Below, one piece after another: positions 47,659 through 56,762 of a stretch of DNA of 64,000 nt. The stretch covers positions 384,001-448,000 of the forward strand of contig CAVZQN010000006.1 in NCBI GenBank assembly GCA_963777505.1, in the 5' to 3' direction. The position numbers and the translations under genes are program-made. How positions within the stretch are numbered: the first letter of the stretch is position 1; every line of letters begins with the position of its first letter. The notes under the pieces are model-generated. The model did no database searches. It was not told where the DNA came from and saw only the letters and a list, made by a program, of their open reading frames with translations. This DNA comes from an uncultured bacterium (lineage in GTDB: Bacteria > Acidobacteriota > HRBIN11 > JAKEFK01).

Positions 47659-50190
47659 TCACAAATTGCCGGTGGCGGCCATTTCTTTCCGAAGTTTCGT
47701 CAAGGATTGTACTGTTTCACGCGTTCGCTGATGGTCTTTTCCTAGTGACTTCTCTAAGCTTTCGGCGGCGGTAACCAGTAATTCTTCTGCCTCTTTATAG
47801 CGCTTTAATTTCGTCAGATTATCGCCGAGGGCGCTTTGTGAGCTGGCAATTAACCAGTGTCCTTCTGGAAGCGTTTTCTTTCGAAGTTCTAAACTCTCGC
47901 GCAAAAAGGGTTCTGCTTTTGCCGGATCGCCTTTGTCAGATAAAACTCTTCCCATCAACTGCAATGAACTATGAATCAAACTGTGATTTTCTGGAAGTGT
48001 TGTGCCACGTAATAGTAGAATCTGATTCAAAATCGCTTCAGCATCCTGGTAATTGCCTTCGTCATAGATGAGATGAGCATAATTGTATTGTGTCCATGCA
48101 ACCTGAGGATGGGAACTCCCCAATTTTTTTTCACGAATTGCGATCGATTCATTAAACATCTTTTTTGCTTCATTGGGATCTCGTTCTGAAATCAACGCGG
48201 CAATCGCACTTAATGCTGAAGCAACTTCAAGATGATCGCTACCTCGAATCTTTCTGATGATTCTCAGCGCCTCGCGCTGAAGTTGTTCCGCTTCTTTGAA
48301 ATTTCCTTTTGTTCCGAGTACAACGCCCAGATCGTTCAAGCTTTCTGCAACAGCAACGCTTTCATTGCCGAAGATTTTTCGGCGAATCGCCAGTTCCTTG
48401 CGATGAGCTTGTTCGGCTCCTGTCAGGTCACCTTTCAGAAGCAAAAGTTCGCCAAGATTATTTAAAACCATCGCTGCGTATTCATGTTCTTCGCCGTGGA
48501 TTGCTTGAATTATCGCAAGAGACTTCCTGAACATCGGTTCGGCGGTTTCAAGATCTCCTTTACTTTCGATTGCCAGCGCAAGATGGTTTAAGCTGAGCGC
48601 AACTTCAGGGCTTTGTTCAGAATGAAGTTTTATACGGAGATCGAGTGCGGATCGCAATAACGGCTCTGCAGCTTCATACAACCCGAGCCCCATATACGTT
48701 TTCGCAAGAGTCGTTTTTACTTCAGCAGCAATTTCGGGCTGACCTTTTAGTTCGGAATCAACACGATTTGAAGCTTCTTCCAATATTTCTGCAACCGTTA
48801 CATCTTTTCCGCTGGCTTCAGGATCGGCGGAACTCAACATACTTTGCACAAATGTATTAATTTGTTCAGCCTTTCTTGCTTCAAGACGGGCTCGATCACG
48901 CTCCTGCCGCGCAATTCTTGCTTGCCATGTTGTGGTAATAATTCCAGCGATGAGACTGATGAGCACCAGCAGAACCGCGGCGGCGCCTGCTTTATGACGC
49001 GAAATAAATTTTCCGGATCGATATCGAATCGTATCTTTCCGTGCACTCACAGGTAACGATTCAATGTGGCGCCGAATGTCTTCAGAGAATTGATCCACGG
49101 ATACGTAACGGCGCGCAGGCTCTTTACGCAAAGCCATCATCAGGATGTTGTCTAAATCGCCGCTGAGCTGTCGTTGTAAACGTTCAGGCGTTGTCGCGCG
49201 AAGCACATGAACCGGTTCAGGCAATGCTTCTTTCAAAACGATCGTTCTTGTGATTGCAGAACTTGGACGTTCCGGCTGTTCTTCACATACAATGCGAGCA
49301 ACTTCGAGAGCTTCTCGATTCTTGAAATGATATGGAAGATGTCCGGTCAGGATCTGATAAAGCAAAACACCAAGCGAATAAATATCACTCGCAATGTTCA
49401 ACGGTTCGCCACGAATTTGTTCAGGACTGGCATACTCTGGAGTCATTCTTCTGAGAACCGTTACGGTGCGTTCCGCTGCATCTGAAAGAGAGTCAGGACT
49501 CAGCAGCTTTGAAATACCAAAATCAAGTAATTTTGGAACGCCATCTGATGTCACCAGAATATTGCTTGGTTTAATATCGAGATGCACGATCAGGTTTTGA
49601 TGTGCATATTGAACGGCAGAGCAAACTGTACGAAACAACAACAAACGCTGAATGAGTGTCAAACGGTTGTTGTCACAAAATTCATCGATCGGAAGACCTT
49701 CAACGTAATCCATAACAAGGTATGGAATACCAGTCGGTGTGGTTCCGCCATCAATTAGACTCCCAATATTTGTGTGACTCAGTTCTGCAAGGATCTGTCT
49801 TTCTCGATGAAATCTACCGATTTGGTCTGGACCCATTCCAGGTTGAACAAGCTTAATCGCTACCTCTTTGCGAAATTGATCATCGGCTCGTTCTGCAAGA
49901 TAAACAGCACCCATCCCGCCACGTCCAATTTCACGCACAATTTTGTATTTCCCAACTTGATCGCCAATCAACTGACGCGTTTGATCTTGAACAAATGCAT
50001 TGAAAGCGTGGAGTCCAACAGTAGACTCTAGAAAGCGATTTGAACTTTCGTGAGATTCAACAAGCGAAATCACTTCACTGCGTAATGTGGTGTCTTCACT
50101 GCATGCGGTATCCAGATAGCCTGGACGTTCTTCTTCCGGCAGTTCCAGAGCATTCTGGAAAATTTCTTGAATTTTATCCCATCGATTCAT
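47659..50190 (-). CDS. Ser/Thr kinase with TM and extracytoplasmic TPR repeats
   Basis: IGRGGMGAVY, HLDIKPSN, DFGISK, TPEYASPEQ; kinesin-light-chain-like TPRs. Confidence 0.93.
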   Translation of the reverse strand: MNRWDKIQEIFQNALELPEEERPGYLDTACSEDTTLRSEVISLVESHESSNRFLESTVGLHAFNAFVQDQTRQLIGDQVGKYKIVREIGRGGMGAVYLAERADDQFRKEVAIKLVQPGMGPDQIGRFHRERQILAELSHTNIGSLIDGGTTPTGIPYLVMDYVEGLPIDEFCDNNRLTLIQRLLLFRTVCSAVQYAHQNLIVHLDIKPSNILVTSDGVPKLLDFGISKLLSPDSLSDAAERTVTVLRRMTPEYASPEQIRGEPLNIASDIYSLGVLLYQILTGHLPYHFKNREALEVARIVCEEQPERPSSAITRTIVLKEALPEPVHVLRATTPERLQRQLSGDLDNILMMALRKEPARRYVSVDQFSEDIRRHIESLPVSARKDTIRYRSGKFISRHKAGAAAVLLVLISLIAGIITTTWQARIARQERDRARLEARKAEQINTFVQSMLSSADPEASGKDVTVAEILEEASNRVDSELKGQPEIAAEVKTTLAKTYMGLGLYEAAEPLLRSALDLRIKLHSEQSPEVALSLNHLALAIESKGDLETAEPMFRKSLAIIQAIHGEEHEYAAMVLNNLGELLLLKGDLTGAEQAHRKELAIRRKIFGNESVAVAESLNDLGVVLGTKGNFKEAEQLQREALRIIRKIRGSDHLEVASALSAIAALISERDPNEAKKMFNESIAIREKKLGSSHPQVAWTQYNYAHLIYDEGNYQDAEAILNQILLLRGTTLPENHSLIHSSLQLMGRVLSDKGDPAKAEPFLRESLELRKKTLPEGHWLIASSQSALGDNLTKLKRYKEAEELLVTAAESLEKSLGKDHQRTRETVQSLTKLRKEMAATGNL

Positions 50191-50228
50191 AAGAAATGAA
50201 ATACTCACCGCAAGTGCGCAAAGAAATC

Positions 50229-50798
50229 CTAAGTACCTTTTATTTCGCGGTGCAGCCAGGCTCGCGCAAAATTCCAATCTCGCAAAACTGTATTGGATGA
50301 AATTTTCAAAACTTCGGCAGTCTCTTCAACAGATAAACCTCCAAAATAGCGAAGCTCCACAACTTGTGTTTTGCGTTTATCAAGTGCAGAAAGCCTTTCA
50401 AGAGCATCATTTAAGATGAGTAGCTCTTCATTTTTTTCTTCGGAAACAAGGGCTGCTTCATCGAGGGGAATTATCTGTGTACCGCCACCTCGTTTTGCAT
50501 AACGATTTCTTCGGGCATGATCAACTAGAATTCTTCGCATCATCTGCGCAGCAATTCCAAAAAATTGCGCACGGTTCTGCCAATGAACATTCCGTTGATC
50601 AACCAGTCTTAGATAGGCTTCATTTACTAAGGCAGTCGTTTGCAAGACATGACCCGGACGCTCCCGGCCCATGTATCGGGCTGCTAGTCTGTGTAATTCT
50701 TCGTAAACCAGAGGAGTTAATCGCTCAAGAGCTGATTCGTCGCCCTTCCCCCAGTCAACAAGCCATTGTGTAACTTTTTCTGGCGATGGATCCGTCAT
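50229..50798 (-). CDS. ECF sigma factor of the kinase-associated type (TIGR02999/ECF43-like)
   Basis: [43 protein letters not shown]; directly upstream of the kinase. Confidence 0.92.
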   Translation of the reverse strand: MTDPSPEKVTQWLVDWGKGDESALERLTPLVYEELHRLAARYMGRERPGHVLQTTALVNEAYLRLVDQRNVHWQNRAQFFGIAAQMMRRILVDHARRNRYAKRGGGTQIIPLDEAALVSEEKNEELLILNDALERLSALDKRKTQVVELRYFGGLSVEETAEVLKISSNTVLRDWNFARAWLHREIKGT

Positions 50799-51076
50799 CC
50801 TTCCCCATGATTCTCTGGATTCCAGGCTTTTATCTTATTTCGAGCATCTTTGATCCGTCAAATTAATATTCTTCGACCTCATGAGAGTCTTTTTGAATTT
50901 TTCTCGCGTTTGATAGTAGGGGAATGTTTCCCCTGCGTTTAAGGGCATACTCCAATGGACGCGCGCACCCTACTAAACCCTGTGCGCGTCGCGGTGGCCG
51001 GTCTGGATTGGACTCAGTCCAGGCCGGTCTTTTACCGATGGATAAAACCATCCCGCTCCATATACTATTAGTAAAT

Positions 51077-51877
51077 ATGAAGACCTTAAGTTTGTGTATG
51101 GCGGTTTTGGTGATAAGTACTTCGCTTTTTGCTGACACGCTGGTATTAAAGAACGGTAAGAAAATAGAAGGTACTGTAGTTGAGGAAGATGCTGAAGGTT
51201 ATCGCATCCGTGATTCGCAAGGAATTGTGATTTTTGTAAAGAAATCGCAGTTGGATGCTAACGCTAGTCAAATCACAAGAGAACCAGAACCAGATACATC
51301 GAAAGCCAAAAATGAACAGCCGGAAATTACATCGAAAAATCCTTCGAGTGTTGCAGAAGTAGCGCGCGAATCCCGTGATAACAAAAAGGGAAATGTTCGA
51401 GTGCTGCGAAAAGAGGATCTGGATAAAATGCCTGAGGTTTCAATTATCGGAACCGAAACAGCTGTTGAAGAAGAAGGCGAAGAAGGGTCTGATCCCGCAG
51501 AAGAAAGAACTACTGAAGATCGAACATCCGTACGATCGGAAGAATATTGGAAAGAAGAAACACGTCGTTTCGCAATTTCAATTCGCGACGCTCAGCGCGA
51601 TGCGGAAGAACTGGATCAAGAATGCGAAGATCTAGGTAAGCAAGCGGCTTATGCAGTGACTGATCCCACACAGTATGTCGAAATTAACGGCGTTTTGATC
51701 CCGATAGCTGGCAGCGGTTATGATGCATCTACGATTCAAGCGGCGCAGGAAGTATGCCGTGACGCCGAAAAGGCAAAAAAGGAACTTTCCAGGCTTCAGC
51801 AGGATCTTGAGGAATTTCAGGATTATGCTCGTCGACAAGGAGCATTGCCTGGTTGGGTCGATCCTGATCGATTGTAA
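51077..51877 (+). CDS. Secreted hypothetical protein
   Basis: Signal peptide, DTLVLKNGKKIEG small beta domain, acidic linker, coiled coil ending ARRQGALPGW. Confidence 0.72.
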   Translation: MKTLSLCMAVLVISTSLFADTLVLKNGKKIEGTVVEEDAEGYRIRDSQGIVIFVKKSQLDANASQITREPEPDTSKAKNEQPEITSKNPSSVAEVARESRDNKKGNVRVLRKEDLDKMPEVSIIGTETAVEEEGEEGSDPAEERTTEDRTSVRSEEYWKEETRRFAISIRDAQRDAEELDQECEDLGKQAAYAVTDPTQYVEINGVLIPIAGSGYDASTIQAAQEVCRDAEKAKKELSRLQQDLEEFQDYARRQGALPGWVDPDRL

Positions 51878-52009
51878 CCGCCAGAAACAACCTCTAATTT
51901 GGCTTCACCTCCTCGGCAGGGCTCTCTAAGTCCTATAGGTATACGCAACAACGAAAACCTCCTGCCGATAATTCAATTGGTTAGGGCAAACGCCCAGGAG
52001 GTGCCGAAA

Positions 52010-52426
52010 ATGATTTCACCTATTGGTTCCGGTTATTCATCACCGGTTTATATTCAGCCGCCCGACCTTCAAAACAATCAGGATACACAGGTCTCTTCAT
52101 CTGTTGCACAGAAAGCCGGTGTCAGAAAGGGAATCGCAGAATACCAGGATTCATATGTGTCTCCGCAGTTTGAAGATCAATCTATAAAATCTGCAGAGAC
52201 TGAAAAGTCAAAGAAAAATAATTTTGAAATTCGTTTCCACATCGAAGAAACTGATCAAAAGTGGGTGCGACGGTATGAAAATTTGAGAATGGTCAATGAA
52301 GCGCAGAAAGCAGAACAGACAAATGCTTTTCGCCCTGATCAACCCGTCGCCCAGATTCAACCGGCAGTTGATCCTGCACTGAATGCTGCAATCACTGCAA
52401 ACATGCTATCTATGATCCGCGTTTAA
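52010..52426 (+). CDS. Hypothetical protein
   Basis: AGGAGG RBS before ATG (MISPIGSG...); followed by a terminator. Confidence 0.7.
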   Translation: MISPIGSGYSSPVYIQPPDLQNNQDTQVSSSVAQKAGVRKGIAEYQDSYVSPQFEDQSIKSAETEKSKKNNFEIRFHIEETDQKWVRRYENLRMVNEAQKAEQTNAFRPDQPVAQIQPAVDPALNAAITANMLSMIRV

Positions 52427-52470
52427 CCAACCAATCCTCAGGCAATAACAAGCCTTCAAAAAAGAATCAA

Positions 52471-52498
52471 GGGGCGCAACCGCGCCCCGTTTTGTTTT
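52471..52498. terminator. Terminator between convergent genes
   Basis: GGGGCGC-AACC-GCGCCCC followed by GTTTTGTTTT. Confidence 0.7.
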
Positions 52499-53075
52499 AA
52501 GGTTGCTGTGGTGGAGGAACATAATCCGGAACTGTATTTTTAATTGGAGGAATTGATCGCAAGTAACCAAAGATGGCTTTCAAATCTCCATCAGTCATTT
52601 TTGAGTAAGATTGCCATGGCATAGGAGGCATAATCGGACGAGATGTTCCGAAATGTTTTCCGGTTCTTATAGCTTTTATAAAAATATCTTCGGTCCAAAT
52701 TCCCATTCCTGTGTTTTGATCAGGCGTCAAATTCGGCGAATATGTAACACCAAATGGTCCGTAAAATGCGGTATTCGTGCCGGCGCCGCCCCAAATCCAG
52801 GGACCTTGTGGAGCTGGTGGTGGCGGGAGTATTTCCGACTCGGGATGCCCCGATAGCATTCGTGTCATATCAGGTTCCGGCCCATTCGCTCCCATCTTAA
52901 ATGGTGTGTGACAGTCATTACAGGCAAGGATTGTTACGAGATATTTACCGCGGGCTGCAGGATCTTCCTTTGGCATTTGTTTTTCAGCTACAGTCTCCGT
53001 TTGCTTTGGTGTCTGCTGACAGCCCATGATGGATAAACTTCCAATCAGGAATGCTACAGAAATGATTCGGATCAT
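52497..53075 (-). CDS. Monoheme cytochrome c lipoprotein
   Basis: Lipobox IMGC; RGKYLV..CNDCHTP; PNLTPD; PPMPW. Confidence 0.9.
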   Translation of the reverse strand: MIRIISVAFLIGSLSIMGCQQTPKQTETVAEKQMPKEDPAARGKYLVTILACNDCHTPFKMGANGPEPDMTRMLSGHPESEILPPPPAPQGPWIWGGAGTNTAFYGPFGVTYSPNLTPDQNTGMGIWTEDIFIKAIRTGKHFGTSRPIMPPMPWQSYSKMTDGDLKAIFGYLRSIPPIKNTVPDYVPPPQQP

Positions 53076-53142
53076 CGATTAACCTCCTCCGTTGTTTTTT
53101 TGAGAGACTTCGAGTGCAGCAGTTTATTTTAACGCAAGATTT

Positions 53143-53877
53143 TTATTTGGGGAGATTGTTTGACAGAAGCGAATCAAGACTAAATGAACCTGAGAGAAGA
53201 CAAGCGTGACCATGATTTGGAAGAAGATGGATTCTGGCATTCGGAATTTGATCCGCCATCAATTTTGCTTCTTTCACTGATGGGATAATCTTGTCGCGAC
53301 CAGCTGCAACAATCGTTACAGGTACATGAATATCCGAAAGTCTTGCGCGGACATCGTGCGAGGAAATCAATTTCATTCTTTGACGATATGCTGGATATGT
53401 GTGTGACCATGAATATTTAAAAAGCACTTCAATTCCTTTTTCATCGACCAGTTCACTCAATAAAATTGGCCGGGTCAGAATATCTCGGCTTTTCCGAATG
53501 ACTGGCACAAATGCAAAGGGCAGTAAAGTTTTTGCAAGCCAGAGTAACTTGCGTCTTCGAAAATAAGGAAATGTATTTACAAGCACAAGTTGCTCAATCC
53601 TCTCTTGATGATCTAAAGCGAAATGAAGTGCAACCGTTCCGCCAAAGGATTCACCGATCACAGTTGCTTTTTCAATCTGTTCTTGATTCAAGATTTCGAG
53701 AACATCGCTCTCCAGATCAGAATAAGTAAAAGACGCTTCATTGCGCAGTGCAAAAGTGATTACGGTGTGGTTTGAACTTAAGCTTTCAACTTGCCGCGAA
53801 AAGAGCCGACCGGTTCCATCAAGTCCCGGGATACAAATCAGGAAGGGTCCGCTCCCTGTCCGCTTGTACTCAATCAT
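53143..53877 (-). CDS. Alpha/beta hydrolase
   Basis: PGLDGTG, GESFGG nucleophile elbow, D and GH catalytic positions. Confidence 0.9.
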   Translation of the reverse strand: MIEYKRTGSGPFLICIPGLDGTGRLFSRQVESLSSNHTVITFALRNEASFTYSDLESDVLEILNQEQIEKATVIGESFGGTVALHFALDHQERIEQLVLVNTFPYFRRRKLLWLAKTLLPFAFVPVIRKSRDILTRPILLSELVDEKGIEVLFKYSWSHTYPAYRQRMKLISSHDVRARLSDIHVPVTIVAAGRDKIIPSVKEAKLMADQIPNARIHLLPNHGHACLLSGSFSLDSLLSNNLPK

Positions 53878-53912
53878 ATTGTAAGAATAATAAGATAAAG
53901 CGAGGAAAAACT

Positions 53913-55202
53913 ATGCGCACCCTTCTTATCATTGCCGGGTTCTTCTTACTGTTTTCCCCTTTCGTTGAAGCACAACAAGAGACTAAGGATTCTACGACTT
54001 CGAGGGTTCAGATCGAAGAGAAATCAGCTCGTGTACCTGTTCCAGTTATGACCGAGAAAGCCGTTCGATATTACAAAAGCGGAGTAGTGCTCTGGTTTAC
54101 GAATACCGTATTAGGGTTGCTGATTCCTGCGCTCTTTTTATTTACAGGACTTTCTGCAAGGATCCGTGATTGGGCACAGAAAACAGGCCGCAAGTGGTTT
54201 TTTGTTATTGCCATTTATTTCATCATCTTCACAATACTAAACTTTTTGATCTATTTTCCACTTTCCTACTATCAGGATTTTGTACGCCAGCATGCTTACG
54301 GTTTATCGAATCAGACGTTTAGCAAATGGATGGGAGATTCATTGAAAGGATTGTTGATCGGTTTGATCATGGGCGTGCTCTTTTTATGGATCCCTTACCT
54401 CTTGCTGGAAAAGAGCCCGAAGCGATGGTGGCTCTATACAAGTATTCTGGCCATTCCATTCTTTTTGCTTATGATTTTGATCGCTCCAATCTGGATAGAT
54501 CCGCTGTTCAATAAATTTGGGCCAATGAAAAATAAATCACTTGAACAAAAAATTCTGGCACTGGCGGATCGAGTGGGAATTGAAGGTAGCCGCGTTTTCG
54601 AAGTTGACAAAAGCGTTGATACGAAAACTGTAAATGCGTATGTTACAGGTTTCAAAAATACGAAGCGGATTGTTTTATGGGACACCATCATTTCTAAACT
54701 GACTGAAAGACAACTTCTTGTCGTCATGGGACACGAAATGGGTCACTATGTTCTGGGGCATGTTTGGAAATCCGTTGCCTTTTTCTCTGTACTTACTCTC
54801 CTGATACTGTATGCTGCCTATCGTACTGCTGGCGGATTCATTCAACGCTATAAGAATCGTTTTGGTTTTGACAGGCTATCCGATATCGCATCCTTGCCGT
54901 TGATTCTCTTACTGGTTAACATTTTTTCGCTTGTGATTCAGCCTGCAGCATTTACATTTACGCGTCATCAAGAACATGAATCCGACCGTTTCGCGCTGGA
55001 AGTAACAAGGGATAATTATGAAGCAGCAAACGCGTTTGTAAGATTGCAACAAGAAAACTTGAGCAACCCAAGACCGGGTCTAATTATGAAATTAATGCGA
55101 GCGACCCATCCACCATTGGGTGAACGGATCGATTTTTGTAATGAATACCGTCCATGGGAAACGGGACAGCCATTGAAATATGAACACCTGATTAGGAAGT
55201 AA
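53913..55202 (+). CDS. M48 (Ste24/CAAX-like) membrane metallopeptidase
   Basis: NAYVTG, HEMGH, EHESD, THPP..ERI. Confidence 0.93.
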   Translation: MRTLLIIAGFFLLFSPFVEAQQETKDSTTSRVQIEEKSARVPVPVMTEKAVRYYKSGVVLWFTNTVLGLLIPALFLFTGLSARIRDWAQKTGRKWFFVIAIYFIIFTILNFLIYFPLSYYQDFVRQHAYGLSNQTFSKWMGDSLKGLLIGLIMGVLFLWIPYLLLEKSPKRWWLYTSILAIPFFLLMILIAPIWIDPLFNKFGPMKNKSLEQKILALADRVGIEGSRVFEVDKSVDTKTVNAYVTGFKNTKRIVLWDTIISKLTERQLLVVMGHEMGHYVLGHVWKSVAFFSVLTLLILYAAYRTAGGFIQRYKNRFGFDRLSDIASLPLILLLVNIFSLVIQPAAFTFTRHQEHESDRFALEVTRDNYEAANAFVRLQQENLSNPRPGLIMKLMRATHPPLGERIDFCNEYRPWETGQPLKYEHLIRK

Positions 55203-55234
55203 TCTGTTTCGTTAAGGTTAATTTCCTGCCGCAG

Positions 55235-55376
55235 TGTTTCGATTTTGTGACACGCTGGATTTGGACGAGCCAACCGATTAAGAATCAGTATTCCAATCGG
55301 AAAATGGATCCGGCGTCTCATTCATGGGACGCCTCTCGTCTACAATAACAAGGAGCAATCTGGCTTGCTCTTTGCT
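55235..55376 (+). promoter_or_regulatory. Two enhancer-like sites plus a sigma54 -24/-12 promoter
   Basis: TGTTTCG-attt-TGTGACA (55235-55252), CGTCTCA-ttca-TGGGACG (55314-55331), TGGC-N7-TTGCT (55361-55376). Confidence 0.62.
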
Positions 55377-55427
55377 ATATTAAACTCAGACGAATCCTCT
55401 GTGAGACGAGTGAAGTGAGGATTGGTC

Positions 55428-56042
55428 ATGAAAAAAGCTTCCATTACGCTCCTGATCTTAGTGATTCTCATTCCTGCGGGGTTTGTTCAAGGCGGGAATG
55501 GTCAGAGTAAGAAATTCGCCGCAAAGGCATTCGTTTTAGATCCTGAAGATACAGATTTAGTGGCATCCGCCTGGCTGACACGAGTTGGATTGCCTGATGC
55601 CGGAAATTCGAGACATGCATTGTATCTGCAAAAAGATACATTAAGCGCCACTAACGCGTCAGCAGGTGCAAAAATCCGCTGGTTGAAAGACAAACTCGTT
55701 ACAGATTTGACAGAGTTAGGATTCGACTATCTTAATGGCGGACACTGTACTGCGACCTCTCCGCGTTTTGTTGTGACAATCGATACTGTTGATTATACGC
55801 TCGGCTGCACTGCGGGAGTTGCTACTCCAGCTCCAGATGATGTTGTGAACTGGACGCGTGTGCGATTCGGACCAGCCGAATTTGCGGGAGCAGGATTTCC
55901 AGCCGTCGGAATAATCAACGATGCAAAGATCATTTTCGATGAAGGTACTGATGCCGGAACTGGCTCCACGTATCTCGATAACATCGACATAAACGCGTCT
56001 CTAATTGGAAAGCCGGGTAAAGCGAAACCGCCAAAATTATAA
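55428..56042 (+). CDS. Secreted beta-rich hypothetical protein
   Basis: GAGG RBS, signal peptide, two Cys, IIFDEG...YLDNIDIN C-terminus. Confidence 0.8.
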   Translation: MKKASITLLILVILIPAGFVQGGNGQSKKFAAKAFVLDPEDTDLVASAWLTRVGLPDAGNSRHALYLQKDTLSATNASAGAKIRWLKDKLVTDLTELGFDYLNGGHCTATSPRFVVTIDTVDYTLGCTAGVATPAPDDVVNWTRVRFGPAEFAGAGFPAVGIINDAKIIFDEGTDAGTGSTYLDNIDINASLIGKPGKAKPPKL

Positions 56043-56085
56043 GTCTCCACCTTATCGGACCCGAGACCTTACGCTTTTGATTTAT

Positions 56086-56115
56086 GGGCCAGGGCTTCAC
56101 TGGCCCTTTTATTTT
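56086..56115 (+). terminator. Rho-independent terminator
   Basis: GGGCCAG...CTGGCCC followed by TTTTATTTT. Confidence 0.7.
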
Positions 56116-56277
56116 CATAAAAAGGGATATGACACAAGAACTATGGGCGGGTTGGTCAAAGCTGGGGTTCTGCTGTACGATCAGAAATCGCAAAACCTTT
56201 GATCAGAGATGGGTCATTCTTTGTTGCCGGACAAAAGGTAATTGAAGAATTCTCGGTTCTTGCAAAACTGTGGATAG

Positions 56278-56625
56278 TTAAAAAGAACTTAGCGCAGAAG
56301 CTTCATCATCATACAATTCGAAAATTCCGAGCAAACCTGTCAATTTCAATGTGTGTTGAATAAATTTTCCAGCCTGAAGAAGCTTGAATTTGCCGCCGCT
56401 CTTGGAAATCGTTGTGAAACTCTTTACAAGCGCTCCAACACCTGAGCTGTCCATGAATTCCACACCTTGAAGATTTACAAGAATATTCGTTTGTTTACGA
56501 GAAGAAAGCTCGGCGACTGTATCTTTAAATAATTGTTCAGGAGCACCCAGAGTGAGATTCCCCGAGAGGTCAAGAACGACAACATCACCCTTTTTCCGTT
56601 TTTGAATATCTAAGACATCAGCCAT
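56278..56625 (-). CDS. STAS domain anti-sigma factor antagonist
   Basis: VNLQGVEFMDSSGVGALV motif. Confidence 0.93.
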   Translation of the reverse strand: MADVLDIQKRKKGDVVVLDLSGNLTLGAPEQLFKDTVAELSSRKQTNILVNLQGVEFMDSSGVGALVKSFTTISKSGGKFKLLQAGKFIQHTLKLTGLLGIFELYDDEASALSSF

Positions 56626-56762
56626 TTTCGAGTACTATTATAACCTTGTCTATACTGTAATTCCATGACTGCAGCTACGGGGAAGTAGTTGATCATTATT
56701 GCAGCAAGGCTTGTAAGGTCATAAATTCTTAAAAGCGCGAGTTTGGATCAGGGAGCAGATAC

